Assembly: GCA_964016885.1 (NCBI GenBank)
Contig: OZ024753.1
Location: 21,824,001 to 21,888,000, forward strand
Length of the DNA stretch: 64,000 nucleotides
Direction of reading: 5' to 3'
Source: Eledone cirrhosa
Lineage: Eukaryota
Each line of letters opens with the position of its first letter. Position 1 is the first letter of the stretch. Shown here piece by piece: positions 26,966 to 41,935 of this stretch. The notes under the pieces were generated by a model. It was given only the letters and a program-made list of their open reading frames with translations. It had not been told where the DNA came from and ran no database searches. The position numbers were made by a program, and so were the translations under genes.

Positions 26966-27402
26966 ATATATATATATATATGAGAAAATTGGAGCGCTGC
27001 GTGGTTGCGCGTATATATATATATATGACAGGTGACATTCAAGGTGGCCCTCTCTCTAGGATTTCGACTCAGAAGCCAAGGGACGGAAATAAACACTGCG
27101 GAGTATTTATGCCAATTCCTCATTTAGAGTAGTTTAGAGGGTCTCTAGAGAGAGGGGGAGGGAGAGTGCTAGAGAGAGATAAATAGGTGGAGGGAGAGAG
27201 AGAGGGGACGATGGAGAGAGAGAGAGAGAGGGGATGATGGAGAGAGAGAGAGAGAGAGAGAGAGTTAGATATTTTTACGAAAAGAAAGGTGCGTGACGGT
27301 TAATCTGGTTGTTTGATCTCAGAAAAAGATGGAAGACGGTAAAATATGTTTTAAAGCCACTGACGCTCTCGCGCACAGGAACACCGATGTATATATAATA
27401 AA

Positions 27403-27550
27403 TGTTTCTACTTTTGGTACAAGGCCAGCAAATATCCAGTATATTACTGGTACTTTATTTTATCGACCCCGTAAGGATGAAAGGCAAAGTTAATCTCGGC
27501 GGTATTTGAACTCAGTTCGTAAAGGGACGTAACTATGTTGGAAAGCATAG
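27403..27550 (-). mobile_element. major SINE, 5' truncated
   Basis: family consensus match. Confidence 0.85.
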
Positions 27551-27654
27551 TAAAGGGACATTAATAATATATATACCACTATATATATGTATCTACATAC
27601 TTATATACATACATAAACATACATACATATTTATATATGTATGTATTTATATAC

Positions 27655-27704
<50 letters not shown>

Positions 27705-27710
27705 TCGTAT

Positions 27711-28440
27711 ATATATAAATGAAAGGTATAGAAAGTATTGTAGCAAGAAGCACACAATATTCCATAATATATAAGTGACTATAGCGTCAAAATGGGAAAA
27801 TAGTTAACGTAAGATGTGGGAAAAATAATTCAAACTCAATTCAAAAAGAATCAGGATATAGATTTATCCAACAGAATTTAGTGAAATCCAGAGAAAAATC
27901 AATAGAGCCTTAACTCATGATAAAATAAAGTATAAAATACTCATCCTTCAATTTGGGACAACTACAAATGCTCTGTATAGTCTTGGAAAAGACTATTTCA
28001 CGTAAAATTTCAGTGGAGATGGTTACGGTTGGAATACGATCCTCAGCACTGCTCAACACGATAGCCAGATTCTCACTGATTAATATGCCAAAAAGGGAAT
28101 TTAAAAGCAGGCTAGTTTACCATCAAGCGTGATTATGAAAATGAAACGCACATGTGGAAAAACAGGGCTGGTGACGTCAGAATGAGTCGAATGTTTGTTT
28201 ATATGAAACAACAGTCAAAAACATTCCGAAAAAAAACTCTACAATAAGGAGTTCAGCAAAAAGCAATATTATCGCGGTTTTTAAGAAAAAACATATCGGG
28301 ATTAGTCACAAATAATTTAAGAACTCTAGGAAAGAAATGCAAGTATAAATATATAAATGAATGGTATAGAAAGTATTGTAGCAAGAAGCCAACAGTATTC
28401 CATAATATATAAGTGACTATAGCGTCAAAATGGGAAAATA
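27711..28440 (-). mobile_element. retrozyme-like family H copy 1, ~640 bp unit plus ~90 bp terminal redundancy
   Basis: 27711-27802 repeats at 28351-28440; HHR 27970-28052 (-) with CTGAGGA and imperfect stem I; homologous to 50843-51702. Confidence 0.75.
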
Positions 28441-28964
28441 CATAAATAGACGCACGCACACATATATATAGACACATAGATATATATATATATGTAGAGA
28501 CACAAACACACATATATAGACACATACACACACACATATATATGTATATATATATATATAGAGATAGATACATGGTGGCTGCCAACTTGTTTTCGAGTAC
28601 GGCCACTACTTTATATCCATGTAGGAGAACCCCTACCGATGCGCTGAACGAGTGTGACTTTTTAGTCCAGCCAGCAACTTGAAAACACTACACTTGTGAC
28701 AATTATTGACACATAGTGCTGGGCCCATGGTACCATGTGACGACAAGTGCAGAGAGATCTCCAGATATAAAGCAATGCCTGTGCCGTGAAGCTTTTATAG
28801 TGAGCAAAGGCACTGCCCAAAGCCAGTCCCACTCTCTTAACCAAGATGATATTTACCAAAAAGTAGAACAAGTCAACATCATTGGATACCATCAGAGTTG
28901 CAGGTGTTATATCAGAGTTTTCCTTCTCCTAGAATTCTGCCTTGACAAAGGCTAAGGGGGTCAT

Positions 28965-29191
28965 CTCATACATATATATATAGACACATACACATATATA
29001 TAGACACATACATATATATTTATATAGACATATATATATATATATACACATACACACAGACATATATAAACACACACACACACACACATACATATATATA
29101 TACATAGACACAAACACATATATATATAGACACACACATATATATATAAACACACACATATATATATATAGACACATACATATATATATAA

Positions 29192-29228
<37 letters not shown>

Positions 29229-30535
29229 TACATATATATATAGACACATACATATATATATATATAGACACACACATATATATATATAGAGAGAGAGACA
29301 TACATACAGACATATATAAACACACACATATATATATATACACATAGACACACACACATATATATAGACACACACACACATATATATATAGACACATACA
29401 TATATATACATATATATATAGACACATACATATATATACATATATATAGACACACATATATATATATAGACACACACACATATATATAAACACACACATA
29501 TATATATAGACACATATATATATATATAGACACACACATACATATAGACACAAACACACATCGACACACACACACATACATATAGACACACACACACACA
29601 CACACAGACACACACACACACAGACACACATAGACATACATATGGACACACACACACACATATAGAGACACAAACATATAGACACACACACACACAGACA
29701 CACATACATACATATGTGTGTGTGTCTATGTACACACACACATAGACACACACACACATAGACACACACACACACATAGACACACACATAGACACACACA
29801 CACACATAGACACACACACATATATAGACACACACATACAGACACATATAGACACATATAGACACATATAGACACACACACACATACAGACACACATACA
29901 CATATAGACACACACACACATATAGACACACACACATACAGACACACACACATATAACACACACACACATACAGACACACACTCGTATAGACACACACAT
30001 ATATAGACACACACACATATAGACACAGACACACACAAACACACACACATACAGACACACACACATATACACACACATACAGACACACATACATATAGAC
30101 ACACACACACACAGACACACACACATAGACACACACACACACATATATAGACACACATATACAGACACATATAGACGCATATAGACACACACACACATAC
30201 AGACACACATACACATATAGACACACACACATATAGACACACACACACACATACAGACACACACACACATATAACACACACATACATACAGATACACACT
30301 CATATAGACACACACATATATAGACACACACACATATAGACACACACACACACACATATAGACACACACACATACAGACACACAGACACATATTGACACA
30401 CACACACACATAGACACACACACATATATAGACACACACACACATATAGACACACACACACATACAGACACACACATATAGACACACACATATATAGACA
30501 CACACACACATATATAGACACACACACACACACGC
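28965..30535. repeat. complex TA/CA/GACA microsatellite field
   Basis: low-complexity sequence; explains the spurious CV/YI ORFs. Confidence 0.97.
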
Positions 30536-30745
30536 ACGGTGTAAAATGTGAGAGAATCAGACTTAAAAGAGATTTGAAGGAAAAAAGGTTAATTTAGATA
30601 ATTAGTTGAAAATTAATGAAATCTTTAAGAGGTAAGCAGCTGATCAGTTCATTAATTAGTCAACATTTAATTGTTGTTAATCTGTTGGGGGGGGGGGGGG
30701 GTATATTACATTCCTTGTTTTCTACGTTTTTCATTTTATGATGTA

Positions 30746-30924
30746 AGAGGTTCGGCTGAAAAGTTCATAGGCTGACCAAGATACTCTCATGGAATGACCA
30801 AATGTGGTTTATTTTTCAAAGGACAATGCAGTTATTAGGAAGAGTTGAAATCAATGCATGTAAGATTTCACAGCTCTGGCATCACTTCCTTCATAGACAG
30901 CATATGAACTTCTCAGCCGACTCT
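30746..30924. mobile_element. mariner-type MITE
   Basis: TIRs AGAGGTTCGGCTGAAAAGTTCATA / TATGAACTTCTCAGCCGACTCT with TA on both sides. Confidence 0.75.
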
Positions 30925-30968
30925 TACATGTCAACTTTGGGAATTGCAGTGCGATAGAATGGTGTAAT

Positions 30969-31478
30969 GGCGGTGGAATGGTAGCGTGGTTAGAAGGGCA
31001 GATAGAATGGTAGACTCGTTAGAACGTCAGATAGAATGGTAGAGTGGTTAGAACATCAGATAGAATGGTAGAGTGGTTAGAACGTCTGATAGAATGGTAA
31101 ACTCGTTAGACCGTCAGATAGACTGGTAGAGTGGTTAGAACGTCAGATAGAATGGTAGAGTGGTTAGAACATCTGCTAGAATGGTAGACTCGTTAGACCG
31201 TCAGATAGACTGGTAGTGTGGTTAGAACGTCAGATAGAATGGTAGAGTGGTTAGAACGTCAGATAGAATGGTAGAGTGGTTAGAACGTCAGATAGAATGG
31301 TAGAGTGGTTAGAACGTCTGATAGAATGGTAGAGTGGTTAGAAGGGCACATAGAATGGTAGAGTGGTTAGAACGTCTGATAGACTGGTAGAGTGGTTAGA
31401 ACGTCAGATAAAATGGTAGAGTGGTTAGAACGTCAGATAGAATGGTAGAGTGGTTAGAACGTCTGATAGAATGGTAGA
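30969..31478 (+). repeat. 29 bp minisatellite derived from a SINE head
   Basis: TGGTAGAGTGGTTAGAACGTCAGATAGAA repeated about 17 times, beginning GGCGGTGGAATGGTAG. Confidence 0.85.
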
Positions 31479-31615
31479 CATACTTATATAGACATATTAT
31501 ATAGACATATTTATATAGACATATTATATAGACATACTTATATAGACATACTTATATAGACATATTATATAGACATATTTATATAGACATACTTATATAG
31601 ACACATATTTATATA
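31478..31615. repeat. 15-16 bp minisatellite
   Basis: ATATAGACATAYTTAT repeats. Confidence 0.85.
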
Positions 31616-32080
31616 TTCACAATTCTGATCTAGTTTCTCTTAGTTTTCTCTGGGTTTAATGTCGTCCTCTGTCGTTTTAGATTAGTTTCCAGTCCACCAA
31701 AGATTCCACTCAATAATGGAAAGTAAAATGAACTGAAGCAAGATAAAGAAATAAGTTAGCCAACCATAAGTAGGACCGGAGATATTGACTTTTTAGTTGT
31801 GCTCTTTAAAATTTGGGTTTCATACATTTCATCTCTCTCATTCTTGTCTCTCCCTCTCTTTCTTGCCCCTCTCTCTTTTTTCTATCTTTCTTACTTTTTC
31901 TTTCTTCCATCTCCCTCTCTATCACACCCACACACCCACACACGACCAGACGCACACAGACACACGACCACACAGACATAGACACACGCACACACACACG
32001 ACCACACAGACACACATACACACACACAGATACACACACACACACACACACACACGCACGACCACACATACACACACACA

Positions 32081-32145
<65 letters not shown>

Positions 32146-32923
32146 ACGCACACAGACACACACACTGGCACACACACCGGCACACACACGTGGGAGAGGT
32201 AGTGAGAGGAAGAAGGCGATACATACCAAATGCAATTATGATGATTCTCTACGAAAGTCCATTACAAAAGAAGAAGAAATCTAAGTCTTCTCCATATTTC
32301 TGCGATAGATTAAATAAAGGATTTCTTTCTTCATACATGTCCAACTTAGTTTAGAAATTTGATACTCATAATATCATCCTGAAGCTATTTATGAAATGAT
32401 ACGTTTCTTGTATTATTCTCATGGTAATGGAGATTGGTTTAGAAATCAAAAGATACAAGATATGTGAGCCGAGCATAAAACAAAGTTTCATATCTTTTCT
32501 TGTTTTTCTAAATTACCCCCTCCCCATCAATTGGGAAGATATCAGTTAATGTAAATGCGACAATATCAGTATTAGTTATGTTGTATATTGATATACTGAC
32601 AAACAAAATGGCTGATCTCACAAGTAAACATCTAATTCCAAATTGTGCTTCGTCACTCTTTCTTAACTTCTTACTCTCTTTCCCTCTCTCATACATATAC
32701 GAATACGTATACAATGTACACAGACACACATACACCCACGCACAAACACACACACACATATATATGCAATGGAGTCACCCGTCGAAAACGACGTGTGAGT
32801 GATGAACAGAAGATAAAGTAGATTTCAGGATATTGGCCAAACGTTATTCCATTTGTTGAGCACATGTAATTTCAGGCCTGGAGCATTGTTACAGGGTACA
32901 GACAATATGTCAATCTTCCAGAT

Positions 32924-32984
<61 letters not shown>

Positions 32985-33356
32985 ACCACCACCACCACCA
33001 CCACCACCACCACCACCACCACCACCACCACCACTCTCTCTCTCTCTCTCTCTCTCTTCCATTCTCCTTTTCTGTCTCCTCTCCCTCTTTCTATATCTCT
33101 CTTTCAATATACTCTGTGACAACCACTATCTCTTTCTCTGAATCCTTCTCTCTCTGTTTATAAAGGTACCCAGAAAACCCCATATCTCGGGAACTCGTGC
33201 TTCGATTTACCCGAAACTAGTTTTATTCCATTTGTATCCTCATTTCAGGGGAAACTCCCTGATAAAGTATTTTCCCATTATGCACTCTTTTGGCTGTATT
33301 ACATTAGAGACAAGCAAGCAAACAATCATATACTTTTAGTAATATATAGATAGATA

Positions 33357-35245
33357 TGTTTCTTTATTAGCCACAGGGGCACAAAAGAAGGGGACAAATA
33401 CAAAGGGGAAAGTTTACATACAATAAAACGTGTAAAATATTATCACAAATGCAATTTAAAAGTTAATCGATTTTCCCCAATAGCGGGAGACATTTCATAT
33501 GGGTAACACCCCGAAAAAATGTGCAACCCTCATCTCCAGGAGTACGAAGAGTTTGTACCCCTTTCCTCTCTTCCTATTTTTCCTCAACCTACAGGCTGAT
33601 ATAGAGAGAAGGCCCATTCACTCGGGCCATTCTCGCCACTTTCACCCACCTTTCATAAAACTTTCTGGGGTACAGCACCTCTATCTCCATCCTGATTCTT
33701 CTTCCAAAGTGGTATTTGAAAAAAAGAATCAGTTGTTGGCCGGAGAGAAAGGTGTCTGACCTCAGCCCTTTTAACCTTGTCCACCATACAACCTCTTTCG
33801 CCATAGCTATCACACAAAGGAAAACCGCCTCTCCTTCGATTTTGAAGGAGGGTGGCGGTTTGATCATGATAATGGACTCGGTAGTCAACCGGATTGGTCC
33901 CACACGCGACAATAGTCGTTCTACATAGTCCCACAGCTCGGTAACGCCCAGGCAGTGTATGAATGCGTGCTCGACGGTTTCTTCGTCTCGCACGCATCTC
34001 GGACAGATCTTTTTCGAAGGGTCCCTGCCCGGGCGCCCATGTCTGTAGAGCTTGTCTCGAACTGGTAGAGCTCCTCGGTAGCACTGCCAGGCCAGGGACT
34101 TTTTGAAGTTGTCCATTGGTCCCGGGCGGAAGGTCCTACCGAACAGACTGGCCAGTTTGTCTTCCTCTACGCCTAGAGTTTCTCCGAGCACCTCGTCGCA
34201 CTTGCTGCGGATCAACCCTCTATAGAATGACGAAGTGGAGTCTCCACTGATCGCCGGGTCCACCTGTCAGAGGGCAGTGAGCGCCTGAGCACATTCGATG
34301 TGCCAGTCGCCCATTTTCCTCGGTCTTTGCTTGACCCAGGACTGCAGCTTTACCGGTCCTTCCGTCCAGTGTCCGACGACGCCATCGGAAAGCATCGGTT
34401 TGTCTCTCCACGATCCGAGTTGCAAACCGATGGTCTTGTCCCGGTTCAGCTTCGCTCCTGTGAATCTTTCGTATTCCTTCAGTAAGGTGCCGACTTCCTC
34501 GATTTGCGAGGTGCTCGACACCATCACTCTCATGTCGTCGGCGTAGGCCGACGTCGCTTTCCGCAGTCCCGGTTCCAGAGGGATGCCCTGAAATAGCTCC
34601 AACTTCCGCAGTAGTGGCTCGAGAGTCAGTACGTACAGAAGGGAGGAGAGATGGCATCCCTGTCGAATGGATCGCGTGATATGGAACGGCTCCGAGAGGT
34701 AGCCGTTCACCTTGAACAGATGCACATTGCAGCAATCCAGCCCCTGAACACGGGTCCGAAGCCTGCCGCCTCGAGCACCGCATCCAGGTAACGATGGTCA
34801 ACTCTATCGAAAGCCTTAGACTGATCCAAGTTGATCAGGGCCCCACCGAAGCCGGGTTTACACGATACCCTCTCTATGATGTATGAGGTGGGGGTTGTCG
34901 TGTATGGACCTGGTCGGGATTGCGCATGTCTGCGCTTCTTCCACCAGGTTTTCGACGACAAGCGCCAGCCTCTTTGCCAACACATTGGCCAAAATCTGTA
35001 ACTCTGTGTTTAGCAGAGTTATGGGCCGGAAGTTGCCTATGTCATCCTCCTTATTCTCGTCCTTCCTGACTAGCATGACTACGCCCCTGGTCACAGAACT
35101 GGGAATTCTCCCGTTCTGCTGTCAGTTGCAGTAGACCGCTTCCAGGAGACCGGAGAACAAGTCCGGCATTGCTACGTAAAATTCGTAGCGTAGACCGTCG
35201 AGACTTGGAGATTTGCGTTTGCCGCATTGGCTCAGCGCGTCCCCT
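33357..35245 (-). mobile_element. Tx1/L1-clade LINE, 5' truncated, frameshifted RT and C-terminal CCHC finger
   Basis: NFRPITLLN, LDQSKAFDRVDH, IRQGCHLSSLLY, SAYADD, CPRC..EETVEHAFIHC; AATAAA near the 3' end; GATA repeats on both sides. Confidence 0.88.
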
Positions 35246-37021
35246 ATCTCAATAGATAGATAAATAGACATGACTTCTACGGGACTAGAACTTTCATTTA
35301 AGGCAATTTTCGCACTTTGTCTCTAAATTAAAAATCACAATGTTAGAATGTCAGATTAATGCGTAGCAGTATTTGTTCCTTCTCTTTCAGTTCTGAGTTC
35401 AAATCCCGTCGAGGTCAACTTTTCTTTTCATCATTTCATGGTTAACAAAAGTACTAGTTAAGTGTTCTTCCTCTTAACCCGTAACTCCCGAGAGAGCCGT
35501 AGGGGGGTCGCATTGACATACCACGTTTCTAGGCAAAGAAGAACCAACCCACATTTTGAAAACCTGACGGAGCTCATCTCATCTCTAGATCTGAATACAG
35601 AGATGGATAGAAAGTGAGCAAATGGGAGGAAGAATTGACCCTGTAATAGACTGATACTTTTTTTATCGACCTTGAATGGATGAGATGCAAAGTGTACCTC
35701 GGCGGGATTTGAACTCAGATAGCTGAGAAGAATACCGTAAAGTATCCAACCCGCATTCTAACGACTCTGCCAATTCACAGTTTTATGTGTTGGGGTCGAT
35801 TTAATCAACTTTCCCTTCCCCCAGAATTACCGGCCTTGTTTCTGAATTAAATATCCTTATGACTACAAGGATCTCCATAACTTTAAACTTCAAAAGAACA
35901 ATTTCGTATGAAACTCACTTTTATCTTGAATTCCATTTCCAAAGATAAAATAGAGAATGACTTCTGACATTGTTAGAAGACAGGTTGGAATGAGAATGGT
36001 CTTTCCAATTGAATTCCCCGTATAATATATGCATTCCTGCATGACATGAAGAAAACGGAAGTGGAATTCGTTGAAATTTGGAATCATTTTGTAAAGATGA
36101 ACAGAAGAAATTAAATAATGGTCGTAATTCAGTTTGTGTGTCTACCGTTTCTACAAAGTTACTATCGATCTATAGATAGAGAAATAATAAAATAGGTAGA
36201 AGGCAGATTGGAGAAAATGGTTTTCTGAAGTGGCTAAGCTAACTATTGAAGAATGTTTACTTTGGAGCTAATTTCTAGTTTCAGTCTCCTATGAATGATG
36301 ATAAAGACTTTGTAAGAAAAATAAATATTTTATTTCTAACAACGAAGAGACATTTATTTAATAGTCAACTCGTTGAAGCTTAATGTGTAATGATTCAAAG
36401 AATACATAATGACTGTCTGTTGCTTGAAAGAGAATATTTATTTCTGGAAGTCAGTTGTTCAGTAATTTCATCGCAAGCTTTCACAGTCGACTTCCAAATT
36501 ACCTCCACGCCAAAATTATAATCCAAAATACTTTAGTCAACTTGTAATTGTCTATTTAGTGTTGATAGTTAGGCACATGTTGCTTTTACAAATGAGAGTG
36601 TTCAGAAACTGTTCATTATTTAAATATATTACCACCTGCTTCTAGTTTATTCTTTCTGTTCGTCCCACGTTATGTCTAATGGTTGGTTGCACTCAACCAA
36701 CCATTAGATATAACGTGGGACGAACAAGTTCACATTATTATTATAGATTCTTTATGGTATAGAGTTACTTCCCTTTACGATCAGAGTTCAAATCTTACCG
36801 ACGTTAGCTTTGCCTTTCATCTCTACATGGTCGATGAAATAAAAAACCAGTCATTCTCTGGGGTCGACTTCCTTCAAAAGCTGGCCTCGTGCCTAAATCA
36901 GAAACCATTATTCTGCGTCGGGTTTGATCCTACTACATGGTATACCAGGCAATAGATTCTACCGTAGCTTCATTACGATAGAGGTTTGTGATTGGGAGTA
37001 CACTTTGGTTGATTTAAACTA

Positions 37022-37352
37022 CAGGGGAACCTCGTTTCACGACCCTAATTCGTCCCCGAAGGCCTTTCATCAACCAAAATGTTCATAAACCGAGACAATT
37101 TTTCCCACACGAAATGTTGAGAAATACAGAGAGAGAGACTGTGTGAACGGCAGATAGATATCACCATTGTAACTAACTACACAGCAAGTAACACTTTCCC
37201 GCTGATACTCCCAGCTTGTCGCCAACCGTTGTTGTTGGCTCGTGTTCATTTCTTGAGACACCATTCGTGAACCGAGACGTTTTATGTTCGGAAATATTGT
37301 TCGTGAACCGATTTGTTCGTGATGAGAAAGAACGTGAACCGAGGTTCCGCTG
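37022..37352. mobile_element. Tigger/pogo-type MITE
   Basis: TIRs CAGGGGAACCTCG / CGAGGTTCCGCTG with TA TSD. Confidence 0.75.
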
Positions 37353-37554
37353 TATTTGAAAGTTAGTCTGTTAGATTATAATATGACAGCTGCAACTTGA
37401 TAACGCCAGTCTTCTCCATTTGGTGGCTGTGGTGGTCCGTGTTCGGTAAGGTGGGTGGTCCAGGTTCACTCTGCCGAATTTGGAGGTTGGTGCAGTAATG
37501 CGTCAGCTCCAACATTCAGTCACCAGAAGAAGGGAGGTAATTTGGTAATCAGAA

Positions 37555-37985
37555 GAAGGGTGGCAGGTGTAAAAGCAAAACTCTATCTTCAATTCGCTAT
37601 TAGTACCAACCCTTACCTATGGTCATAAATTTTGGGTAATGACCGAAAGAATACGATCGCGAATACTAGCGGCCGAAATAGGGTTCCTCCGAAGGGTCTT
37701 TGGAGTAACATTACTCGATAGAGTGTGTAGCTCGGAGATCACAGAAACGATACTGGGGACATGTGGTTAGAATGTCTCAGGAAAGAATCGCTTGGGCAAA
37801 TCAACCGACAGGAGACCCAGCGATAGACCCCGAGCAAGATGGTTGGATAGCATCCTTGAACTTGACTGGTCACCCTTGGAGATCAAGCTGGATCAGTTTG
37901 AAACGGTTGCTTCTGGTAGGACACGCTGGAAGGAGGGTTTCAGAACACTGCTCCACGACGAAATGGGCGAAAAAGAAGAAGAAAG
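37555..37985 (+). mobile_element. RTE-clade LINE 3' fragment
   Basis: VPTLTYGHKFWVMTERIRSRILAAEIGFLRRVFGVTLLDRV; (GAA)n tail. Confidence 0.8.
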
Positions 37986-38260
37986 TGATGGTGGTGGTGG
38001 TGGTGGTGGTGGTGGTAATGGCGGTGGTGGTGGTGGTTTTGTGGTAGTGGTGGTGATGGTAGTGGTGATGCTAGTGGTGGTGATGCTGGAAATGGTAATG
38101 GTGGTAGTGGTGGTGATAGTGGTGGTGGTGATGTTGGTGGTAGTAGTAGTGGTGGTGGTGGTGGTGGTAATGGTGGTGGTGGTAATGGTAGTAATGGTGG
38201 TGGTGATGGAGTTAATAGTGATGGTGGTGGTGGTAATGGCGGTGGTGGTGGTGGTGGTGT
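37986..38260. repeat. degenerate (GGT)n microsatellite
   Basis: direct observation. Confidence 0.95.
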
Positions 38261-38631
38261 TCCTCGTCGTGATTTTGTTTAGCAGAAGTCATGAATGCAG
38301 TTTGTCGTTCTCTTTAGGGTTATTGTGAACTGATTGGAGCTATAAAGTCTTATTGTCGTATATGTTATTCAAAGTGTCAGCCTCGTCATATACTGTTTGG
38401 GTATATATCACTCTAGAACACTTAGTTAAATAACTGTTCATCGTCGCAACTGGTGTTATATCGAGCATCGTCTAGGGGTACATTACCAGAATATGTCTAT
38501 TTGTAGAGACTGTAGACTGTGACTTGGAATAGATTTAGCTGATATTTCTAGCAAGTTGAATGACAAAGTATAGACTTTCTTATTGTTCCTTATCACACTT
38601 GCTGTGATGGACGACGGAACTTTATACGATG

Positions 38632-38991
38632 TCCCTACGTCTCTCCCGGGAGTTACGGGTTAAGAGGAAGAACACTTAACTGGTACCTTTGTTAACCATG
38701 AAAAGATGAAAAGCAAGTTGACCTCGAGGGGATTTGAACTCAGAACTGAAAGAGAAGTTACAAATACTGCTACGCATTAATCTGACATTCTAACATTGTG
38801 ATTATTAATTTAGAGACAAAGTGAGAAAATTGCCTTAAATGAAAGTTCTAGTCCTGTAGAAGTCATTTCTATTTTATTTTTATATCTTGTTATTGTCTCC
38901 TCCTTATTGAGGACGCCTTGTTATGTAAACTCCCCCCATTGTACTTGTCCCACTTTTTGATGCCCTGGTGGCAAATAAAAAGAAAATTATC

Positions 38992-39048
<57 letters not shown>

Positions 39049-39200
39049 AATATATATATCACTAAAAGTCTGTGATTGTTTGCTTGCTTGCTTGTTTGTA
39101 ATGTAATACAGCCAAAAGGGCGCATAATGGGAAAACACTTTGAAAGAAAGTTGTCCCTGAAATGAGAATACAAATGGAATAAAACAAGTTTCGCGTAAAC
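38632..39200. repeat. inverted duplicate of 33205-33420 joined to 35262-35503
   Basis: reverse-complement similarity on both sides of the (TATC)n run. Confidence 0.8.
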
Positions 39201-41692
39201 TGTTTTGTGATATTTCGGCTCTCTGCTCTTCGAGTTCAAATTCCGCCGAGGTTAATTTTGCCTTTCATCCATTCGAGCTCGATAAGAAAATGTACCAGAG
39301 TATTACTGGGGTTGATTCTTCCTCTATATCTCTTTCTCACTTCCATTCCCTCACTTTCTACCCTTCTACGGATGAAATCTGTGTTCAACCTGAAGAGGAG
39401 ATTGTCTCCGCTAAGTTTTAAAATGCTCTAGAAACGCCGTATGTCAATATAGCGCTCTTACAACTTCCCTAAGGGTTACGGGTTCATGCATGCATGCATC
39501 CATGCACACGCATGATGTCAACCATCGATAGGAATTTGGTAGTAAAGGAAAATGTTGTTAACTACTGGAGTCGTAGGGTCACTCTCTTGAAACACGTCAT
39601 GTTTTGGACATTTGAACCATGCCGTAGCTTATCCCTCTCCAGGTCGGAACGCAGCTGATTTCTTACAGAGAAGAAAGTGTGAGGAAGAAAGGAAGGAAGA
39701 ACCCACCCACATAATGGGCTGGTGCTTTATTTATCGATCTCGAAAGGTTGAAATTCAAAGTTGACATTGGCGGGAGTAGAACTCAGAATGCAGTGAGTCA
39801 GAACAAATATCGACGCTCTACCGACTACCAATTTGCCGATGAGTTGGGTAATGAAATGTAATATCACCGTCCCCAGCACTAGAACATTTTACTCGGTGGG
39901 CGAAAACAACTTCGTATTATAATACCATTTACCATTCTAAACCGTTTCGTGTATTGACAGAACGTTATCATAAAACAAGTTATAAGAAGTAAACTCTCAA
40001 CTGACAAGAGAAGCTCTCTAAATACACCAAAGCTGTATTATTTATAGAAAAGTAGCAATGACGCATACATTTTTCTAATGAAGTGTAAGTAGTTCTGAGT
40101 CTGACAGTGATAGCGTCATTACAATTTCCACTGACGTTGTAAACACATGTTGCCGATATGTATATCACGCTGAAATGTGGGAGGAATTTACGGAAACTGA
40201 ATTATGCTTTCCATTATCTACGTAATGTACTGAAATTATCAGAATCAAATGATTTTTTCTGATTGCTGACGCCTTGTTGTTGCAGTTATTTAAATCTCCT
40301 CCACACATGACAACCACGATCTACGAGCCCCATTATCGAAGGCGCTCCTCCTGTGACTATCCCATGTTTTCATAAATGTCTAGGGTTATATTTGTCTACA
40401 GTAGTACTTCCTGTTTTCAAAGTCCTTCCTATTGGCAAAGTTTTAGGGGGAAATTATTTAAGGCTCATTTCCTCAAATACCGATCAACCATCAGCTTAAA
40501 ATTCAGTCATTAACCCTAATTCCCCAAACTGATTTTAAAATACTTACCTATGGTGTAAATGTTGTTTTGGAAGAGTCGTTCGAAGGTTAGCGTTGCGATA
40601 TTCGTTATGGTCCTCAGCTCTCTGAGTTCAAATTCCACCGAAGTCAGTTTTGCCATTTAGCCATTCGAGGTCGATAAAAAAGTTCCAGTCAAGTCCTGAG
40701 GTCAATTCGTTTTTCTATATCTCTTTCTTACTTCCATTCTCTCACTCTGTATTCTTCTTTGGATGAAATTTGTTGTATTCAGACCTGGAGATGGGCTCCG
40801 TCAGGTTTTATAAAATGTCCTAGAAACGCCGTCCTGATGACTCTCACGGGCAAGCAAATGTCGTGCTATGAGACCGTGCGTTGAAACTGTAGAAGTTACA
40901 TTGTGGAAGAGAGGTTAATCGTTGGAAATACACACAAAACTAATTAAAACCACTTCACATTTATCATTTACTTTTGTTTTTTTTTTGTCAAATTTTCCTT
41001 CGCCCCGTTTGACCATGTCGTAAAGAAAATTTTACAAGAAATAAATGTAATTGAAGTTAAGAGTTTCTATATTTTCTGTTAAGGGTATTATATTTTCGTT
41101 GAAAGGAGAACTAATTTTATATGATCTCGTTTGTGGAATCCGAAAAATAACTTCTGAACCACAAGTGTAAATGTAAAAAAAGCATTGTGTGCTTCATAAA
41201 GTCGGAAGATGAGAAAAATGAAATACGTCAAATCTAGGCTATAACATTTATGTCGATGTTTGCATCATCAATCTCTCATACAACAACACGAGATTTCACA
41301 TAAGAACATTGCGAACAACGGTTATTAATGAGAAATGGATTTTAGTTATACTCTAAGATTAACAGGGAAAACAGCAACACTAACAACAAAAACTATTGCG
41401 GTTCCAGTTCTAGTTTAAATTATGTTGCATGATTTATTGTTCCTTGTATGGTTTCCTTTCATATCAGATCAAATTTGAAACGATATGACACGGTTTATAC
41501 ATTTATAACACAATTGATGACAAAAAATATAAAATAACGTTCTATGTTTTTAGAATAAATTGGAAAAAAAAATGATAGCTGATCAGTTACATTTTTCACG
41601 TTATACAATATTTCATTCAAGCATAAAATGCTCACACATGCATGTGTAAACACGCAGTCACACACACGCACACACACACGCACACACACACG

Positions 41693-41836
<144 letters not shown>

Positions 41837-41935
41837 CATACACAACCACAATGTTTATACACATAAAGAAAACTATATCAGAATCTAAACATTCCTAACA
41901 TGAAATTATGTAGAGAAAAATATATATATATATAT

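Noticed and set aside
28929-30537. Long ORFs of 250-505 aa (CV/YI/HT repeats), and similar ones at 4-4.5, 32, 41.7, 44.6, 47 and 52.5 kb
   Set aside because: Translations of stop-free dinucleotide microsatellites.
37792-38328. 178 aa Gly/Val-rich membrane-like protein
   Set aside because: RTE LINE remnant read into a (GGT)n microsatellite.
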